A stretch of DNA of 64,000 bases from Callorhinchus milii (lineage: Eukaryota), in contig NW_024704742.1 in the NCBI RefSeq assembly GCF_018977255.1, positions 20,586,001 to 20,650,000 of the forward strand. Reading direction: 5' to 3'. Of the stretch, positions 62,621 to 64,000 are shown piece after piece; positions within the stretch are counted from its first letter, which is position 1, and each line of letters opens with the position of its first letter. Below the pieces are notes generated by a model. That model was not told the origin of the DNA. It ran no database searches and saw only the letters and a program-made list of their open reading frames with translations. A program made the position numbers and the translations under genes.

Positions 62621-63249
62621 TAAGTAAAATGATTAATGTAACCAATAATCTGGAAGTATACTATAAATATCATATCTTTAGAAATCCTCTAACCAAACCA
62701 ATCCCTGAAGCCACCATTTTTCAAATCAGGTTTTCTTCAATCTTAATTCATAAAATCTTATTTTATTGGATTAATGCATTAGCAAATCTATCCCTTCAAA
62801 GCCATAGACCACAGAACATTAAACTACCATTACATAAATCATTATTTAATGTAATGATTCAAATGTAAGGAATATTTATTATTATTGAAATCAAATCTCT
62901 GTCTCTGAATTATAGCTCTTTTCAAAATGTTATAACTGTATTTCTTAAATTATTTATTTCACCTTTTTAATATTGCATTCTGTCCTCCCACCCCGTCCCC
63001 CACGGGTGCACTATTCATGGGGTGAAAGGTGAGACATTTCATAACAGATTTGCTCTGATTGAAGCTGATATGAAATGTTACACTAGCCCATTCATTCCAA
63101 AAGATTGACAGTGGCACTGTACACTTTCTGCAGGAGGGGTTGGGATACACACCTGGCTCAATGCATCAAGCTTCCTCTTCAATGCATTTGATGTTTATAC
63201 AATCACAGACGTATTTACTCTGAATAATAATGTTAGAATATTAGAAATA

Positions 63250-63465
63250 GGATCTTGTTTGGATCTGTTATGCAGCACCTTTCATGTCTGGAGTTTATCT
63301 CAAAATGCTTCACAGGATTACCTGTAAAGTGTAGTGACTGCATTTTGTAGGCAAATGAAGAATATGGCAGCCAATTTGCAAGCAGCAATATCCCGCAAAT
63401 GACCAATTTTATTTGGGAGATTGTTGGTCAAGGCACTAGAAGAAACTCCCTTCTCTTTTGACCTG
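63250..63465 (-). mobile_element. Deu-domain SINE 3' fragment
   Basis: ggcagccaatttgcaagcagcaat..tgaccaattttatttggg..agaagaaactcccttc. Confidence 0.7.
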
Positions 63466-64000
63466 TTAAATAAGTATGTCCTTTATGCATACATTTGGGT
63501 CATATTTGATATATATTTGGGTCATTGTGCCATAGAGTGAAATGTGCCCAGTTTCTTCACACAAGGTTTTGATCTATGCAGTACTTTGAGGGAAGGGAAG
63601 AAGAATTTACAACAGACTTGTCCTCAGAGAGGGAAAGCCTACTCCAGGACATTCGGAAGACCATCTGGAAACAGGTCATCCATTTTCCCTCTTGGGAAGG
63701 AAAAATGGAGGAAAATATGTAAAGTAACACAAGAGTAAGCACAAAAATTGTACATTATTATGTGTTAGAGTGAGGAATAAATTAATTACATAATTTGCAT
63801 AAAAGATTTTGTAATTGGAGACTTATATGATAAAGGTTTTTATAGACTTTGTTTCCGCAATGCAGAAATTTGATTTGATATATCAAGGCTATGCAGCGTG
63901 CTGGATTCAAAACTTTAATAACGAGTGTTGTGGTGCTTTAGTGGATTCAGTAATAGAGAGATAAGATAGAGATTTTGACTCCGTAGAGGATGCTACTAGT

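Noticed and set aside
1..64000. CRISPR array or prokaryotic operon
   Set aside because: No regularly spaced repeat-spacer array and no gene-dense organisation; the repeats are dispersed eukaryotic retroelements.

Overview
AT-rich, CpG-depleted eukaryotic DNA dominated by transposable elements. The repeat content (L2 and CR1 LINEs, Deu-domain SINEs resembling shark SacSINE1, Penelope-type tails) points to a cartilaginous fish, possibly a chimaera; this is an inference. I recognise no intact host gene, so the window looks intronic or intergenic, and the long ORFs I could assign are disrupted LINE reverse transcriptase or antisense shadows of it. Content: about ten L2 fragments (longest 2.4 kb), at least three CR1 families, and two tRNA-derived SINE families that share the L2 3' stem-loop. 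Also present are two or three decayed PIF/Harbinger transposase relics, a hAT MITE, a pogo/Tigger-like end, palindromic MITE-like elements and several local duplications. The most notable observations are: (1) a decayed 28S rRNA domain-V fragment lying about 85 bp upstream of, and in the same orientation as, a SINE/L2-type tail, a possible rRNA-headed retroelement; (2) a mosaic tRNA-Ala/CORE-like/Deu-type SINE whose young short subfamily has converged on the L2 tail with compensatory stem changes; (3) hammerhead-ribozyme-like motifs; (4) two L2 insertions at the same SINE position. All family assignments come from recalled motifs, not database searches, and boundaries are approximate.
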